Source: Octopus bimaculoides | Lineage: Eukaryota | Length of the DNA: 38,297 nucleotides | Assembly (NCBI RefSeq): GCF_001194135.2 | Contig: NC_068990.1 | Location: 42,449,314 to 42,487,610 of the forward strand | Direction of reading: 5' to 3' | Shown: in pieces, positions 34,870 through 38,297 of the stretch | Layout of the letters: each line of letters begins with the position of its first letter | Numbering within the stretch: the stretch's first letter is position 1 | Made by a program: the position numbers and the translations under genes | The notes under the pieces: generated by a model | The model's input: only the letters and a program-made list of their open reading frames with translations | Told to the model about the DNA's origin: nothing | Databases searched by the model: none

Positions 34870-35033
34870 CGACGGACTTCTTTCAGTTTCCGTCTACCAA
34901 ATCTACTCACAAGATTCTGGTCGGCCCGTGGCTATAGTAGAAGATACTTGCCCAAGGTGACACGCAGTGGGACTGAACCTGGAACCATGTGGTTGGTAAG
35001 CAAGCTACTTACCATACAGCCACTCCTGCGCCT
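34641..35033 (-). mobile_element. Abundant tRNA-derived SINE, near full length, with internal (TA)n
   Basis: Head AGGCGCAGGAGTGGCTGTATGGTAAG...GGTTCAGTCCC; colinear with the copies at 22130 and 24250. Confidence 0.88.
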
Positions 35034-35072
35034 TTATATATAATATATATATAATTTAGTTATATATGTGTG

Positions 35073-35111
<39 letters not shown>

Positions 35112-35781
35112 GAACATAAGAGGAAGTGTATAGATCCATATATGCAATGCCATGGATATATGCACAAACACAAGCGGGACCACTTCCCTGATATCTATAT
35201 CCACAGAAATAGCCTCGTTTCTTGGAAAGGAATTAAATCTTTCTCTATTGGTGCGAAATTTTAAAAATAAAAACATGCACAGAGGCATGCATAATTGTAC
35301 ACATAAATATATACTGGCTGTATATATATATATATATATATATACAATGCGCATATATACAACCAGTCGAATGTACCCATACATATTGACATACAAACAT
35401 ATATGTGTACACGTACAAAAGTGAAAACAGATTCGTACACACAATTATATGTATACATGCAAACAAACACATATATATATATAAATACATACATACGTCG
35501 TACGTTCATACATGCATACATGCATGCGTGTATACAAACATACGTACATATATACGTTCATACATACGTAATTGAAGTATTTTTCCAATAAGAAAGCATC
35601 GTTTCTGGGTTAGAGACCAGCTATTTGACTATTGGGGAGAAATTTGAAAAATAAAACTACATTACGAACATACCTCCATATATGCATGCATATATGTATA
35701 CATCAACATTTATGTATACATATATACATATGCATGTGTGTGTGTGTATAATCATATACTGCATGCACTGAATTGAATATA

Positions 35782-35815
<34 letters not shown>

Positions 35816-37200
35816 NNNNNNNNNNNNNNNNNNNNNNNNNNNNNNNNNNNNNNNNNNNNNNNNNNNNNNNNNNNNNNNNNNNNNNNNNNNNNNNNNNNNN
35901 NNNNNNNNNNNNNNNNNNNNNNNNNNNNNNNNNNNNNNNNNNNNNNNNNNNNNNNNNNNNNNNNNNNNNNNNNNNNNNNNNNNNNNNNNNNNNNNNNNNN
36001 NNNNNNNNNNNNNNNNNNNNNNNNNNNNNNNNNNNNNNNNNNNNNNNNNNNNNNNNNNNNNNNNNNNNNNNNNNNNNNNNNNNNNNNNNNNNNNNNNNNN
36101 NNNNNNNNNNNNNNNNNNNNNNNNNNNNNNNNNNNNNNNNNNNNNNNNNNNNNNNNNNNNNNNNNNNNNNNNNNNNNNNNNNNNNNNNNNNNNNNNNNNN
36201 NNNNNNNNNNNNNNNNNNNNNNNNNNNNNNNNNNNNNNNNNNNNNNNNNNNNNNNNNNNNNNNNNNNNNNNNNNNNNNNNNNNNNNNNNNNNNNNNNNNN
36301 NNNNNNNNNNNNNNNNNNNNNNNNNNNNNNNNNNNNNNNNNNNNNNNNNNNNNNNNNNNNNNNNNNNNNNNNNNNNNNNNNNNNNNNNNNNNNNNNNNNN
36401 NNNNNNNNNNNNNNNNNNNNNNNNNNNNNNNNNNNNNNNNNNNNNNNNNNNNNNNNNNNNNNNNNNNNNNNNNNNNNNNNNNNNNNNNNNNNNNNNNNNN
36501 NNNNNNNNNNNNNNNNNNNNNNNNNNNNNNNNNNNNNNNNNNNNNNNNNNNNNNNNNNNNNNNNNNNNNNNNNNNNNNNNNNNNNNNNNNNNNNNNNNNN
36601 NNNNNNNNNNNNNNNNNNNNNNNNNNNNNNNNNNNNNNNNNNNNNNNNNNNNNNNNNNNNNNNNNNNNNNNNNNNNNNNNNNNNNNNNNNNNNNNNNNNN
36701 NNNNNNNNNNNNNNNNNNNNNNNNNNNNTATATATATATATATATATATATATATCTGTGTGTGTGTGTATTTGTGTGCGTGTGTGTATATGTATAATAC
36801 ATGCATATATACGCGTCCGTTCAAACGAATTTCAAAACGAAAATATTGCTTTAAAATGTGTACAAGTCACTGGATTTACCGATGCACAAAATCTACTCTC
36901 TTGTGACGAACATTTTCATCTGATCGTCTGCTTCGAAGACTTTCATACACATACATACAAACAAATACGCGCACGCACGCACACGCGCACACACACCACA
37001 CACACACACAGATACACATGCATCAAACATACACGCACCCACATACGTGCACAAGGCATACATGTTCGGGTGAGTATATGTATATATATATATGTATATC
37101 CATATATATATATATATATATTATACATACAAACATATATATATCTGTGTATGTATATACATGCATATATATATAAAAACACACACATATATATATATAT

Positions 37201-37245
<45 letters not shown>

Positions 37246-37929
37246 NNNNNNNNNNNNNNNNNNNNNNNNNNNNNNNNNNNNNNNNNNNNNNNNNNNNNNN
37301 NNNNNNNNNNNNNNNNNNNNNNNNNNNNNNNNNNNNNNNNNNNNNNNNNNNNNNNNNNNNNNNNNNNNNNNNNNNNNNNNNNNNNNNNNNNNNNNNNNNN
37401 NNNNNNNNNNNNNNNNNNNNNNNNNNNNNNNNNNNNNNNNNNNNNNNNNNNNNNNNNNNNNNNNNNNNNNNNNNNNNNNNNNNNNNNNNNNNNNNNNNNN
37501 NNNNNNNNNNNNNNNNNNNNNNNNNNNNNNNNNNNNNNNNNNNNNNNNNNNNNNNNNNNNNNNNNNNNNNNNNNNNNNNNNNNNNNNNNNNNNNNNNNNN
37601 NNNNNNNNNNNNNNNNNNNNNNNNNNNNNNNNNNNNNNNNNNNNNNNNNNNNNNNNNNNNNNATATATATATATATATATATATATACATACATACATAC
37701 ATATAGGTGTCTAAATCAATATAATAAAATTATATAATGATGTATCTGCATGTATGTATGTACATATGTATGTAAGTTTATATGTATTTTAAGTTTATAT
37801 GCTTAGGTATTATATATATATTGCTCACACATATTTTAAATATTGTTACCTGTAATTTCAATATATCTTTGTCCACACACCTATAGCTCTCTTTCTCTTT
37901 CCTCCCTCCACCACTTTCCATGGCTTTCA

Positions 37930-37977
<48 letters not shown>

Positions 37978-38297
37978 TTTCCTCTTTCTCCCTCTCTGTG
38001 TTTTATATATACATATATTCCACCCCTTTTGTAATCTCCAATTTCAATTTCAATTTCTATTCGTCTGTTGTCATCAAATCCATCCGCGTTTAACCCCACC
38101 ACCACCAACAACAACAACACTAACAACAACAACAACAACAACGACGACGACGACGACGACGACGACAACGAATAACACTACTAGAACCATCACAGCTATC
38201 ATCACCAGCATTGCAACCACCACCGCTGACACAACCACCACCACAACTACCACCATCATTATCATCGTCGTCGTCATCGTCATCGTTATTATCATCA

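Noticed and set aside
2958-37714. Long ORFs in the supplied track containing X runs or YI/CV/HT/poly-residue peptides
   Set aside because: They are artefacts of N gaps and microsatellites, not coding sequence.

Overview
Eukaryotic, AT-rich, microsatellite-dense scaffold with many N gaps. The SINE and microsatellite repertoire looks like an octopod cephalopod (recognition only, not verified). No host protein-coding gene is supported; ORFs containing X or low-complexity peptides are gap or microsatellite artefacts. The window is a patchwork of transposon relics: (i) a chain of 5'-truncated RLE-type (R4/Dong-like) non-LTR retrotransposon 3' ends abutting (TAA)n repeats (0.9-7.3 kb, plus a decayed copy near 34 kb); (ii) an L1/Tx1-like RT relic; (iii) a mariner derivative made of two inverted 5' ends; (iv) two Penelope-like elements, one a GIY-YIG 3' fragment bracketed by inverted pseudo-LTRs and one a nearly intact RT; (v) an internally deleted Helitron retaining 23-aa STPR-like repeats; (vi) two very short solo LTRs with 5-bp TSDs; (vii) a CR1-like relic and many tRNA-derived SINEs. 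The most interesting signal is a minimal type I hammerhead ribozyme fold in both Penelope pseudo-LTR copies, in which the canonical C3:G8 core pair is swapped to G3:C8 (GUGAACA instead of CUGANGA). A 298-bp spacerless palindrome is also notable.
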